Shown here: positions 62,901 to 64,000 of the stretch, one piece after another
Layout of the letters: each line of letters opens with the position of its first letter
Position numbering within the stretch: the stretch's first letter is position 1
DNA from: Gnetum montanum
Taxonomy: Eukaryota; Plantae; Gnetophyta
DNA length: 64,000 bases
Reading direction: 5' to 3'
Assembly: GCA_015680685.1 (NCBI GenBank)
Contig: MNCI01000667.1
Location: 161,983 to 225,982, forward strand
Translations under genes and position numbers: made by a program
The notes under the pieces: model-generated
The model's database searches: none
Seen by the model: only the letters and a program-made list of their open reading frames with translations
Told to the model about the DNA's origin: nothing

Positions 62901-63304
62901 TTTCTCTTAGATATTGAAAATTTTTATTAGGCATTTATTTCATAGCCATGATAAAATAGAAGAGTTTCCTAATAGTGCTAATATGTTGTTCATTTTTTAA
63001 TGGCAATGTATTAGATAAAAATACTCTTATAAAAAACTAATATAGAGAGATGTTTAAATAGGAAGGGCCATTCACATGGAATATTATCTAAACAAAGTTA
63101 AATTTAAATATGGGGTTAAAGAAAGGTGTATTCTTAAGGGAAGGGAGGCAGGGATGGTCGAACTCCATATATATATATATTAAAAATAAAAATTTAGAGT
63201 ACAAATGCAAAGGAGTATTGCATAGAGGATAGACTTCAAATCAACAAAAAGGAAAGGCCTAATAGTTTTGGTTATGCCTTTTTAGGTTTTTATCCTTACA
63301 ACCA

Positions 63305-63520
63305 ATCTTAGTGATATGGGCCTTGGCTTCATAGCCCTAGGTCATGAGTTTGATTCTACTAGGTAGCATTAAGTAATAAACTTCTATAAATCTTGGGGGT
63401 GTACCTATGTTTCAATTATTTTGGATTCCAACAATCCCCTAATGGTAAGACTCTTGATTTGAAAGCTCCAAGTCATGGGTTCAATTCTAGTGGGCAATGC
63501 TAAGTTATAAAGTTCTAATT
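63305..63520 (+). mobile_element. tRNA-derived SINE-like element with two heads; same family as 16283-16600
   Basis: Shares CCCTAGGTCAT...CTACTAGGTAG...AAACTTCTATAAATCTT.GGG.TGTACCTATGTTT; B-box-like GGTTCAATTC at ~63478. Confidence 0.65.
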
Positions 63521-63554
63521 GAATTATATTACAATTTTATCTTCAAGGGACCTA

Positions 63555-63872
63555 TTTGGAGTGATGGTAAGGTGCTTGTTTCTTAAGTCATAAGACTTGG
63601 ATTTGAGCTTGAGTGTAGCCACTCAAAAGAGGTTAGGCTTTCACTCATCCACTTCATTCCTAGGACCCTGCCTTGATGGAATGAGCATCGAGCCTCTATG
63701 TGATCATCCTTTTAAAAAGGAACCACCACTTGGAGTGATGGTAAGGTACTTGTTTCTTAAGTCATAAGACTTGGGTTCAAGCTTGGGCATAGCCATTCAA
63801 AAGAGGTTAGGCTTTCACTCATCTGCTATCCTCCTAGGAGCTCGCCTTGGTGGAGTGATTTTAAGCCTCTAG
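63555..63872 (+). mobile_element. Two tandem copies of an Au-like tRNA-derived SINE
   Basis: ~174-bp duplicated unit: TTGGAGTGATGGTAAGG (A-box), GGTTCAAGC (B-box), TAGCCA.TCAAAAGAGGTTAGGCT, CCTAGGA...GCCTTG. Au assignment is from recalled similarity. Confidence 0.6.
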
Positions 63873-64000
63873 ATGATGATTTTATTTGCTGCATTTGGAC
63901 TTCAAGAGCATGTTAGATATTTCATTCCTTGCATTTCTAATAAATAAGTGACCCACCAAAAATTAAATCAAGAACATTTCGAAGGTTTAAAGAGCACAAG

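Overview
Repeat-dense window from a large-genome land plant; a non-seed plant or gymnosperm is my guess, not shown by the sequence. No intact host gene is present. The left part holds a degenerate near-full-length L1-type LINE interrupted by a tRNA-Asp-primed Athila-like LTR element, an AT-rich spacer, two decayed host-gene relics on the minus strand (a 4-exon STRUBBELIG-receptor-family kinase fragment with a solo LTR in one intron, and a membrane-anchored MYB pseudogene) and tRNA-derived SINEs. 20601-61307 is one four-level nest. A gag-only Athila-like element (family B) contains a pol-less SIRE-like Copia. That Copia contains a 20 kb Tat/Ogre-type Gypsy in its 3' LTR and a gag-protease-only Athila-like element (family A) in its gag. 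The Tat element contains a young LINE 3' fragment. The most unusual item is inside the Tat element: its protease-RT spacer is a ~7.6 kb intron-like region carrying an antisense multi-exon gene with its own TATA box, copies of the LTR palindromic motif and a CpG-retaining island. Two LINE-type insertions end in oligo(C) rather than poly(A). All family assignments come from motif recognition by eye, not database searches.
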